A stretch of DNA of 63,652 bases, counting the filler, from Pirum gemmata (taxonomy: Eukaryota), in NCBI GenBank assembly GCA_002812295.1. It is 21 parts of 21 records of this genome, joined end to end, with 100 filler letters (N's around TTAATTAATTAA, not from the genome) between each part and the next. Parts side by side here need not be neighbours in the genome. Positions count along the whole stretch, not along the records: positions 44,490 to 47,165 come from PDIN01005148.1; positions 47,266 to 49,888 come from PDIN01005149.1; positions 49,989 to 52,651 come from PDIN01005150.1; positions 52,752 to 55,398 come from PDIN01005151.1; positions 55,499 to 58,116 come from PDIN01005152.1; 16 more parts are not named here. One strand, written 5' to 3'. How positions within the stretch are numbered: position 1 is the stretch's first letter; every line of letters starts with the position of its first letter. Shown in pieces: positions 45,199 through 55,934 of the stretch. The translations under genes and the position numbers were made by a program. The notes beneath the pieces are model-generated. The model was not told the DNA's origin and searched no databases. It saw nothing but the letters and a program-made list of their open reading frames with translations.

Positions 45199-45270
45199 TC
45201 ATTTAGCGGGAATCGAACCCACGACCAACTCTCTCCGGGAGTTTGCTCTTGACCACTGAGCTATCAGGTA
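45199..45270 (-). ncRNA. tRNA-like cloverleaf / Pol III type-2 promoter inside LTR (not a canonical tRNA)
   Basis: TA GCTC-AGTGGTCAA-GAGC A AACTC-CCGGAGA-GAGTT GGTC GTGGG-TTCGATT-CCCGC; A box TAGCTCAGTGG and B box GGTTCGATTCC; acceptor stem mispaired, C at position 33. Confidence 0.75.
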
Positions 45271-46077
45271 ATCCATTTTCCCACGTATTCTCGTTTTTGT
45301 TATAGCATATTCTATTACAACACCATATCCATTTAAAGTGAAAATCAAGAAATTTCTACATATAATAAAAAAATAACAACAATATATATAAACAAACAAA
45401 TCATTAAAATATGCAAGAAGCAAATTAAAGGCAAATAGCGAATAGTATTATAAGTATAAGAGTTACCTAAATATATAAATCAAAATTAAGAATTTAAAGT
45501 ATCTGTACCAATATAGAAGTATATTAGATATAATTGCAAAATTATTAACAAATTTATAATATAAAGCCCCTTTTAGAAACTTTAATACAATTGTAAATTA
45601 TAATATATGTATAGCAAAATATGTAAATAAGTTCAAAGTTAGTAACTAAGGATGAAAGTTATAAGATCAAGAAGTGAAAAGCCAAGAACTATATATGAAA
45701 GTATCATTATTTTAAACANNNNNNNNNNNNNNNNNNNNNNNNNNNNNNNNNNNNNNNNNNNNNNNNNNNNNNNNNNNNNNNNNNNNNNNNNCTAAGGTCA
45801 AGCCTAAAACTTTAAATAGTCTAGTAAAAACGAAAATTTCCTTTAAAATATACTTTTAAAGTAACAGAACACCCAAATTTGTAAAATTAACCATTTTAGG
45901 TTATTGTTTATGGTGTAATACTCCATTTTGTGGTAGTTAATTGTGTATGTATTTTTTCACAAATTTATATATAATCAATAAACGAAATTTCAACAAAAAA
46001 AAATATATCCATATAAGCCTCTTCTCTAGCCCTAGCTGGTTCGGGGAAGTGTCGGGGACAAGGTGGGCAGAGTCATA

Positions 46078-46089
46078 GTGCTGATAACG
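46078..46089 (-). promoter_or_regulatory. Putative primer-binding site complementary to the tRNA-Ile anticodon stem-loop
   Basis: Minus-strand CGTTATCAGCAC immediately follows the LTR; the plus strand GTGCTGATAACG matches the eukaryotic tRNA-Ile anticodon arm GTGCT(A/I)ATAACG. Confidence 0.65.
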
Positions 46090-46135
46090 TAATAGATTAG
46101 CTCATTTCTCATTTTTACGTATGTTGGAAAATGGA

Positions 46136-46207
46136 TCACTGAGCAGGAATCGAACCCACGACCAACTCTCTCGGGGAGTTTGCTCTTGACCACTGAGCTA
46201 TCAGGTA
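46136..46207 (-). ncRNA. tRNA-like cloverleaf inside second LTR
   Basis: Same D, anticodon and T arms; loop CCCGAGA; better-paired acceptor (CTGA/TCAG), extended by GGAAAATGGAT/ATCCATTTTCC. Confidence 0.75.
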
Positions 46208-46254
46208 ATCCATTTTCCCACGTATTCTCGTTTTTCTTATAGCATATTCTATTA

Positions 46255-46540
46255 GTTTTCAGTTTGTGTATTGTATATAGTATATCCCTTAATATTTATA
46301 TCCACTTGCTGCTAATTTGTCATTCTTGTGTATTTCAATTATGCCATTGTTATTATGTGTCCGTCGTCATCCAATTAATCCTATCGCTAACACGTCGTTT
46401 GCTATGTCTGGGTCGATTATAGTTTTACCTCTGTCCAATATCACAATTTTCCCTACTGTGGTAGCTGTTTTTGTTCCTGTTAATGTTTTGATGCTATTGT
46501 ATTCCATTTTGATGTCTGTTGCGTCGTCCTGTAATTTGGT
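46255..46540 (-). pseudogene. Upstream part of the same copia pol (protease C-terminal region), decayed
   Basis: Translates to IKTLTGTKTATTVGKI...IIDPDIANDVLAIGLI...IEIHKNDKLAASGYK, resembling the copia protease-to-integrase segment; contains a stop and a frameshift. Confidence 0.55.
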
Positions 46541-46543
46541 GTA

Positions 46544-46624
46544 GAATAGATTATCTCATTTCTCATTTTTACGTGTGTTGGAAAATGGAAACGTATTCTC
46601 GTTTTCTTATAGCATATTCTATTA
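46544..46624 (-). mobile_element. Third LTR copy (81 bp) lacking the tRNA-like module
   Basis: Matches both LTR ends but jumps from GGAAAATGGA directly to (A)ACGTATTCTCG. Confidence 0.85.
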
Positions 46625-46629
46625 CAGAG

Positions 46630-47165
46630 AACGAATAATATTTTTCAAACAACAGCACACGAAATAATAGGAATCACAAAGAAAAAAATGGAAATTTTGG
46701 AAAGTATAAATGAATATATTAAAATCAAAAGGAAATATTTCCCGGCAGATAAATACGAATATAAAATTATGGTACAAAATAATTTAGTTAAAGCGAATAT
46801 GCAAGCGACAATAGACAAAGAAAATTTCTTTTATTTTAATGATGTTTTTGAGAAAAAATATTAAAGTATTATCATAGTCCACAAAATGGAATTATCATGC
46901 AATCATGGTAAAGAAAAGGAACAAATATTTAGCTCCCCAACACAAGCAACTTAAAGAATAGTTTTAAAATTTTATTGAGATCAATAGCCCCCTATTTATA
47001 CATGTAAATTTTGTGGAAAAACTTTTGAGCGAACTGAAATCTTAATTAAGATCTTAAATTTACACATAATTTTGAATGTGATTCTATTCGAAACATTTGG
47101 GTAGAATGTGTAACTATTTTAAAATTCCGGAATATTAATTTATGTGCAAAGTTAGTAGGTTTTGG
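46630..47165 (+). pseudogene. Decayed non-LTR retrotransposon C-terminus (zf-RVT-like)
   Basis: CKFC...HII(F)ECDSIRNIW motif after a one-base frameshift; multiple stops. Confidence 0.4.
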
Positions 47166-49019
47166 NNNNNNNNNNNNNNNNNNNNNNNNNNNNNNNNNNN
47201 NNNNNNNNNTTAATTAATTAANNNNNNNNNNNNNNNNNNNNNNNNNNNNNNNNNNNNNNNNNNNNACTTCACCCAAGCATGCCAACGAAGCACTGAAGTG
47301 GCCCAAATGGAAAGCAAGCATGTGTAATTTTAACAATAAACTCTCATAACCGCACCAAAAACATATATAATATTGTAATCTATATGATATACAAGTGTGT
47401 ACAGTGAGTGTACTACATTTTACATACATAAATAACCACTTTTTTGCTCTATATATAGGCTACATACAGCCTACAGTTTACAGTGTTCATTTGTAAATTT
47501 CATACCAGAGACTGTCCAGACATAAATAATACGATCTCATTTATTATAATAAACTATAATAATACAGATAATATTTCGTTAGTTCCTTTTTTAGCAAGTC
47601 TGAAGAACTACCACTAACCTTTTTCGGGTTTTCCCTTTTTTGGAAAAGGTGACAATTCCTGAAATCTAAGGCCCAAAAAGCTGTACAATTATTATTTATT
47701 ATAAGCCATTGAACTAGACTATATCTATATAAGAGTCTATATTATAATAATCACTCTCCATAATATTAAATTTTGTAATTTTTTACTTTATCCAAAAGTG
47801 TCAGTATTCGCACATTTATTCAAATTTGTTTCAAATTTATATAAATAAAAGGTTTAGTGTTAGCTATTGGGTTAGTACTAGTGAGTTAGTATATATTACA
47901 TAGTTTAGTATTCATAACTTAAGTATTTTTACAAATAAACGGGTTGGGGTTAATTAAGGGGAACAGTTACTGTTAAGGTTAGAGCCAGGTTTAGGGGGTC
48001 ATAATAATAGATAATAATACAGTGCACACTGCTAGCTAGCTAGATATATTATTGCCTAGATAGAGCACACAAAAAAAATTGGCCAGCTCTGTCCCCCAAA
48101 TAAAGTGGATCCGAACATTCCTCGGAGTTCTTCTTGGGGTCTTGGAGCCTTCTTGGCTGACTAGCTAGCTAGCTAGCTAGCATACCGTATAAGTTAAAAG
48201 TTTGCTGTAGCTACTACTTTAGACAATACCATAGAAAAACGCAATAGGGTCTACCTAGACTAGCTAGTACCAATGATAATTATGTAAAAAAGTTAGAAAT
48301 TAAAGTATCCCGGTAAAAAAGGCTAAAACCCGCTAAAACTCAATATAACCATTGCAACACCATAGTAGTTATTAATATATATTATACTTATTTGTAAACA
48401 AGTTAGAAAGTATCTCGCTAAAACCCACTATAATCCTTGCTATTTTTTTTTTTTTTTTGTTAATTAAAACATTAAATTTTAATATAGAACAGCTCATGCG
48501 GCTTTGGTAAAATTTTTCCTAACTTTTTTTAAAAAAAGTGGCAAACACAGGAAACCCCTTTACATACTGGTATCTACAGAAACTACATAATAAACTAACC
48601 CTACTCTGCTAATACAATAATAGATAATTATGATTACAATTAACAATAAAAGGTAATTAAAAGTGAGTACTGGAGGTTTTTTGCAAAAAAAAAATAGTTG
48701 GTTAGGCCCCGCCGTTGAAGGAAATCGGTTGAAAATGTTACAAGTAGAACAAAATCAATTGAAATGATTTGTTATTACTACTAGTATTATATAGCATGAT
48801 AAATAACAGAGTTTGTAGATTCAACTTCAAAAGTATTGATACTATGAAACAAGTAAACAAACTACAACTATAATCAATAATTATATATAACTATAACTGC
48901 TGCCTCCTTTCGTAAACAAGACTTTTTTTTAATTATCGAAAGACTACAGTATTTATAAAAGACCTTGTAAGTCTCCTTGTATAAATTAATAATAATAATA
49001 AAAAAAAAAAAAAAAAAAA

Positions 49020-49062
<43 letters not shown>

Positions 49063-49526
49063 AAAAAAAAAAAAAAAAGAAACAATTTTGAAAAAGTCAT
49101 TCTTTTCCAAAACCCTAGCAAAATTATTTTTTAAAAAACTGGCCATTGGTTTATGATTTTGGTAGTATAGTATTTATAATATAGTACTACTATACTTTCA
49201 TACTCATGAGCACTTTGAGATTTTTTGGATTTTTTGGATTTTTTGGATTTTTCAGAAAATTGAAAATAATACACTTATAATATCATTTATAAAGTAATAA
49301 AATTTTAGAAGTATAAAAGCAAAGCGAAAATGTGACAAAAAAATAAAAATAAAAATAAAAATAAAAATAAAAATAAAAATAAAAATAAAATAATTATAAC
49401 AAACAGAAGCAACCACAATAACAAAATTAATAATCCACTTTTAAAAATAAAAAACTAAAATTTATAATAACAAAATAAATTTATACATACATAATATTAT
49501 TATTTATCATATTATTTACCAGAAAT

Positions 49527-49888
49527 ATGTTTCAATTGAGTAGTGCCTTTGTATTAGCAACTGTTGCTCTTTTTAACGCTGAAGCAATGGCCTCATCCAT
49601 CACTGCTCGTTCTACAGACACTTGTGCACAATTTTCAACAGGATCAACAACGTTTGTGGGCCAAACTCTAAAACTAACTCCTCAAAGTGACTTGGCATCT
49701 TTTACCGTTGGCTTCTATGGTGCCTCTATGGATTTTGGTAGCAATGGCTTCCTTTCTACGGTCGACCTTAAAGTATATGCTGAAGGATCTGTTATACCAC
49801 ATACAGTAGTAACTAAAGCAGTTGGGAAATATGCAGAGGATGAGGTCTGGAAATTAGAATTCACTGCTACCATTCCTGAACATTTATC
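49527..49888 (+). CDS. Secreted hypothetical protein, N-terminal part (truncated by contig end)
   Basis: ATG after an AT-rich leader, signal peptide MFQLSSAFVLATVALFNAEAMA, open to the contig end with coding-like composition. Confidence 0.7.
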
Positions 49889-50232
49889 NNNNNNNNNNNN
49901 NNNNNNNNNNNNNNNNNNNNNNNNNNNNNNNNTTAATTAATTAANNNNNNNNNNNNNNNNNNNNNNNNNNNNNNNNNNNNNNNNNNNNAAATAATAAATA
50001 ATAACTAATAACTAATAATAAATAAAAAATAAAAAATAATAATAATAAATAATAAATAATAAATAATAAAAGTGTTCAAGACACTTGATTATTTTTCTAA
50101 GTATAAAAATATGCATACCACAGTACACCTCAAGACTTATGTTCATTGGCTTACCTGTTCAAAGCTAGATTGTCTAAATTCTAATCATCTCTAAAGCATC
50201 TGGATTCTGGATTTCGTGTAAAGGCTCTAAGT

Positions 50233-50462
50233 AGAGGGGTATGATGACGTCATTTTATTATTACCGAACAGCTGCCAGAACTTTTCCGATTTTATGGTTT
50301 TATTACTATTATTGTTAATATTATTATTTTAATTAATATCTAATGTAATTAGATTTACTATTTAAGCTATGTAACTACTATTATTAGTAAAAAACACGGA
50401 ACCAAGGTTGGCTCGATAAGCATCTGTTCGAAAAAAGTTCCAGTAGATATCTCACCCCTACT
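50233..50462 (+). mobile_element. MITE family A, degenerate left TIR, imperfect TSD CTCTAAGT/CTCTAAAT
   Basis: Internal homology to 21313-21544 and an intact right TIR. Confidence 0.8.
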
Positions 50463-51021
50463 CTCTAAATTCATCTAAATTCTCTAATTATGTCATACCA
50501 ACTAGATACCTCTACCCCAGTACTCCTATCGCTTTTAACCAATATCGTGCGTGCTTTTCATTTATTTTATCACCCTGAATATTTTTTTTGGAGGTTTATA
50601 ATATATAAATATTCATTTTAAATAAATAAAAAAATACCAAATTAAAGTAAATAGGTCTATTTGGTACTATTTATTGTATATTTTATGATGACAAAACAAC
50701 TGAAGCAATACAATTAGTCTTCTAGCCTTTGGGAACACCAATTAAACAAAGTCGTGGCTCACATCTAACAGTTTATAACGCCAATAAAAAACGTTCTTTC
50801 AGGAGTCTAACCAATGATTTTATTCATATTCAAGATCTCAGGTGAGTTGGTTCTGTTGAATCTACTACTCTGACCTAGAGCTAGGAGAAACGGGAAAATA
50901 TAATCGAATCAAAACGATCCTAATTATTAAATAGTGACAATTTTGAAATGATATTCGTTCTTTTTTCGAGTTTCAAGTTTTTTCTATGAAATTTCACTGC
51001 CACCATGGCCATGCAAATTTC

Positions 51022-51052
<31 letters not shown>

Positions 51053-51760
51053 ATTTTTTTATTTGAGTTTCTGTAGTGTTTCTGTTGTCACTTTTTTTAG
51101 ATTTTTATATTCTATGATAATAGTTTCTAATAATAGCAACTTATTATACTCTTATTATTATTAATTTTTTTTAAGAATTTCCTAATTTTTGCCTTTAATT
51201 AATTAATAATATATAATTGTGAATAAATCTTGAAAGGGGTTTAATTAAGAAGTTAAAAATATAATTATTATTTTATAGTATTTTAGTTTATTATTAGCTA
51301 TAGGCTATTCAAAAATCCATTTTTTCAATCTTTTGTAAAAAAACGGACAGTAGTGTGTAGTAGTAGTTCCAGAGCTGTGTGATAATATAATCATATAATA
51401 TTATATTAATTAACGTTTGTGTTGTTATTTTTGTGTATTATCAGATAATAAGCTTTTAATAACTAGAGTATTGGAAAATTAGTTACAAAGGTTCTCACTC
51501 AGAGTAGGTTTAGGGTTAGGGTGTCTTATTAGGCTCCTAACGAAAGGGTCAATCTAAGCTAGTGTGTTGGGGTTAGGGGCTGGTAGGGTTATACTTAATA
51601 GTAGGGTCAGCGAATTCATAGTGGATTTGGAAATCTGTGATATATATTATAAATAACTTTGGAGTATACTTTGGAGCTATTTTGGATACTTTCCGATGTA
51701 TTTTGTCATATAGTAGTTTGGCCGTGAATTTTTCTATAATTTCAAAAAAAGATTGTAGAC

Positions 51761-51991
51761 AGTAGGGGTGAGATGACGTCATTTTATTATTACCGAACAG
51801 CTGCCGGAACTTTTCCGATTTTATGGTTTTATTACTAGTAATGTAAATCCTATTACTTTAATTGGTTTCTACTATAATATATTTACTATTTTAAGCTATT
51901 TAACTGCTATTATTAGGAAGAAACACGGAACTCAGGTTGGCTCGATAAGCATCTGTTCGAAAAAAGTTCCAGTAGATATCTCACCCCTACT
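51761..51991 (+). mobile_element. MITE family A, TSD TTGTAGAC/TTGTACAC; truncated copy at 53361-53580
   Basis: Perfect TIRs, 8-bp TSD with one mismatch. Confidence 0.9.
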
Positions 51992-52590
51992 TTGTACACT
52001 ATGATGGTATAATTGCAAGGACTTCAAAATTTGTAAACCTATCAATAAATTTTATGCACCTACGATCACCAATAAATATTGCCCTAATTTGGTGTAATTC
52101 GGTTTACTTTTAGAAATTAAATACCTCGGTATATATAAAATAAATAAATGGATGCAAAAAAAGTTTTTTTTTTTGCAAGCTATATAATATATTATTATAT
52201 ATACTATATATATCATATATACTAATATAGACATATTTATATGGAGTAAGCAATTATTTTTTTTTTAACCCTCGGTATATTTTGTAGCTCTCAGAGCTAC
52301 ATCGGTTTTTTTTTTTGATGGATCTAGCTCTGAGAGCTAGATCCATTTTCCAGCCAAAAAAAATTAAAAATGCACAATTAAAATTTTAAATAAAACAATT
52401 TTATTGGTCAATTTTAATTATTTTCAATCAAAGATGTTCATTTAATTTTTATATGAAAATAAGTCTAAGGATTGGTCTAAGAGTATTTTTCTAGATATGA
52501 AAATATCGGAGTAGAATATAATTTTGAGCTTCAAAAAAGCTAGTCTAAGCCACAAAAACCCATATCTCAATTATAATAATAATATAATAC

Positions 52591-52632
<42 letters not shown>

Positions 52633-53674
52633 ATATAACGATTTATTATATNNNNNNNNNNNNNNNNNNNNNNNNNNNNNNNNNNNNNNNNNNNNTTAAT
52701 TAATTAANNNNNNNNNNNNNNNNNNNNNNNNNNNNNNNNNNNNNNNNNNNNTAGGGTTAGGGTTAGGGTTAGGGTTAGGGTTATTATATCGATATATTCT
52801 ATGGGAGCGTTCAATATACGTCACGTCAAGGGGTAGGTAGGTAGTCTCTAGCTAGCTAGGCTAGACGGTCTATAAAAATTTATAAATTGGAAAACGTGAT
52901 GTTCGAGCTCGATTTTTTTTTTTTTTTAACAGCCAAGCCGGATAAAACTGTAGACTAGAGATCATTTTTTTTAGACTTCTTTATAAAAACCTTTAATTAT
53001 AACCAGCCAAATTATTTTTAAAAACCAGCTATTGGATCATAATGGAGTTTTTTAGTTAAAAAAGTTCTTAAAAACTTGGTAGTACTTTCCAAAAATTGGA
53101 TTGTTTTGAGAGTTTTTGGATTTTTGTATGATGGAAGTCGCCATTTTTATCCGGCTTGGTAGTTTAAATAATATTATAGCACAAACCCTAACCCCTTAAC
53201 CTAAGCCTAAGCCCCCCTAGCTAGGCCTAATAAACCTAAGCCTAACCTGGACTAATCCCCTTTAGAACCCTAACCCTAACCCATAAATTATTGATATTTC
53301 GATCGCATTCAATTTCGATCTGTCTGGTTTTGCGCTTTTTTTTTCTATCTGACATTATGGAGTAGGGGTGAGATGACGTCATTTTATTATTACCGAACAG
53401 ATGCCAGAACTTTTCCGATATTATGGTTATTATTACTATTAATGTTAATATTATTACTTTAATTGATATCTACTATAATTAAATTTACTATTTTAAGCTA
53501 TTTAACTGCTATTATTAGTAAGAAACACGGAACTAAGGTTGGCTCGATAAGTATCTGTTCGAAAAAAGTTCCAGTAGATAAATAAAAATACAAAAGGATC
53601 GAAAGATTAGAAAGATTTTCAAAGTAACCTTGCCTAAATTCATATTTATATAGATAGAATCATAGACGATATAC

Positions 53675-53706
<32 letters not shown>

Positions 53707-53799
53707 GAGAATTCTCACCCACACCCCCACGAGTCACACAAAGGGTGGGGTGTAATCATAGTAGCATTGTAAAAATCTAAAATAACAAAATTAATAAAG

Positions 53800-55001
53800 A
53801 TGTCACATTCACAACCATTTCCAACTGAACATAGAAACAATGCAATCAAGCAAAGCACAGGAATAAAATGGAGAAAATTATTACAGAAATCTGTCAAAAC
53901 TATTACCCGGTCCGCTTGCCCCAATAATTCACCCACAGAAGGGCTGGGGGGTAATGAATGGTATGATCCCCGAGTGGTTCAGTTAAATAAAAAAAAAGTA
54001 CATGTTCCTTTAAAATATTATACCAACATGAACGATTTTGAGTGCTATAAAAATGACCCTTCTTATAAAGGTAAGTTTGTCTGTGTGCATTATTAAAAAC
54101 CAACACCTTCACCACGTTCTCCATTACCATCGCTTCACTAGATTCGAACCTAACCCTTATAACTCTTAACTCTAACCCTAACTCTCCTAACCCCCACCCC
54201 GCTCCCTCTCCCTAACTCTAACCCTCAATTAAATCAACTATTTGATTTAATCCACCGCCAAGTTTTCGCAACCACAACGTGAGAATCAAGCGAAAGCGAA
54301 AACGTTATTATTAAAACCAAAAGTTTCGAGATAAGCAAAGCTTCCTTACACCTCCTAACTCAAGAAAAAGCGAATTTTTACTATAACGCCCTTTAATACC
54401 TTAAACTGAACCCTAGTTAGCTTGTATTCTCGCTTTTAACTCCCAAGTAATCCTCCATTTAACTCACCCCATTACCCAACAACATATTTTTATTATTTTT
54501 TTCTTTGACCTTTTGCTATGTATCTCCCTTATTGTTATAAAATCTTATTAGTTTTGTATTAAATTGTAAAATCGAACGATTTGTAAGTAAGCTTAAGATT
54601 GTCTTTTGACGAGAACATTGCAGTAAACCAAGTTAGATTACTGGCAACTTACTGCCGCTCTAGCTAGGCTAGTGTTCGTGCTAGGGATGTGTTTCAATAA
54701 GGCTAGGGATAAGGTTAAGGTTATAGTAAACATACCCATTTACACATATTTTTACTCCTTCTTTTCCCGGTACACTTAGGAAAGAACGTGGTAATCTTAG
54801 CTGACACCAATGAGCCAAAAAAAAACTGGTACTTCATGTTATGCAAAAATCCTACGAGCGTTCCTGAATTTTTTTTTTCGGTCGAATACGAAATGAACGA
54901 GTACATTGAAGAAAACGAGAAAAATAATACTTCAAACGAAAAAGATTCTTTCTATAATAAATGGTTTGATATTCCTGTCCCTAGTCAATGGCAAATGCTT
55001 G
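53800..55001 (+). CDS. Beta-galactosidase, GH2 LacZ/EbgA type, N-terminal exons 53800-54070 and 54780-55001 (partial)
   Basis: EWYDPRVVQLNKKKVHVPLKYY, WYFMLCKNPTSVPEFF and KWFDIPVPSQWQMLG match LacZ-type sugar-binding-domain motifs; phase-1 GT-AG intron 54071-54779. Confidence 0.8.
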
Positions 55002-55894
55002 GTGCTTATTATTTTTATTTTATTTTAATTTTATTATTATTATTATTTTTTATTTTTCATGTCTTATTTATTTATTTATTATTATTATTTTTTAATTTTT
55101 TTATTTTTTTATTCTCATTGTCTTATATTAATCATCATTGGTATCAATTTCATTGTTAGTAGTTTTATTCGTATTCTTTTTGTTTGTTCTTGTTTTAGAA
55201 GGTTATTTCAATATTTTATATATTTTATATATTTTTGATATTATTGTTTGTTAATATTACAATATATTATGATATCGTTATTTGTGAAGGTTCTTTTTTA
55301 AGTGACTGTTTTATTTTGATTTTCATTATTGTCTTATCTTTATCATCATTGGTATCAATTTCATTGTTAGTAGTTGTATTCGTATTCTTTTTGTTTGTNN
55401 NNNNNNNNNNNNNNNNNNNNNNNNNNNNNNNNNNNNNNNNNNTTAATTAATTAANNNNNNNNNNNNNNNNNNNNNNNNNNNNNNNNNNNNNNNNNNNNCA
55501 AAAAAGTTCGCCATAAGAGTTCTCACCCTTCCTAATTATTTACACTTTTAGTATTTTTTTATTTAGTGTTTGGCTTTCAGATACCGGTATTCGATATTTA
55601 TCGAAAAATATCGATATTTTTATTTACTGGTATAATATTATTAGTATTTTTTTACTATTTTTTTACTATTTTTTTAGTAGTCTATTTTTTTTATATTCAA
55701 ATAATTTTTTTGGTATTTTTTTATTTCTTATGAACATATGATTTTGATTTTGACTTGATTTTGTCAGGCCATCTTTTTTTTTTTAAAAAAATTATATAGC
55801 ATAGTCTATCAGAATCTATCAGATGTATATCAGATAGTCAGTCCTAAGTTCCTAACCCCAACCCTAGCTAGCTAGTTACCCTACCCCTAAGGCC

Positions 55895-55934
<40 letters not shown>

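Larger units (their letters stand above)
45153..46254 (-). mobile_element. Non-autonomous LTR element (TRIM-like) with tRNA-like cloverleaf in both 165-bp LTRs (45153-45317, 46090-46254), 5-bp TSD GTTTT
   Basis: Direct repeats differ at 6/165 positions, TSD at 45148-45152 and 46255-46259, PBS-like CGTTATCAGCAC abutting the 5' LTR on the minus strand. There is an internal N gap at 45719-45791. Confidence 0.75.

Noticed and set aside
44687..45423. ORFs 44687-45259, 45004-45252 and 45199-45423 as genes
   Set aside because: Antisense shadows of the integrase or read-through of the LTR; 17087-17362 and 60236-60505 are likewise antisense to myosin and the transporter.
45199..46207. Functional tRNA-Ser genes (GGA/CGA anticodon positions)
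   Set aside because: No long variable arm, C instead of U at 33, imperfect acceptor stems, the anticodon differs between copies, and both are embedded in repeats.
45153..46624. The 165-bp repeats as the LTRs of the copia element encoding the integrase
   Set aside because: They interrupt the pol sequence between the protease-like and integrase regions with a TSD, rather than flanking it.
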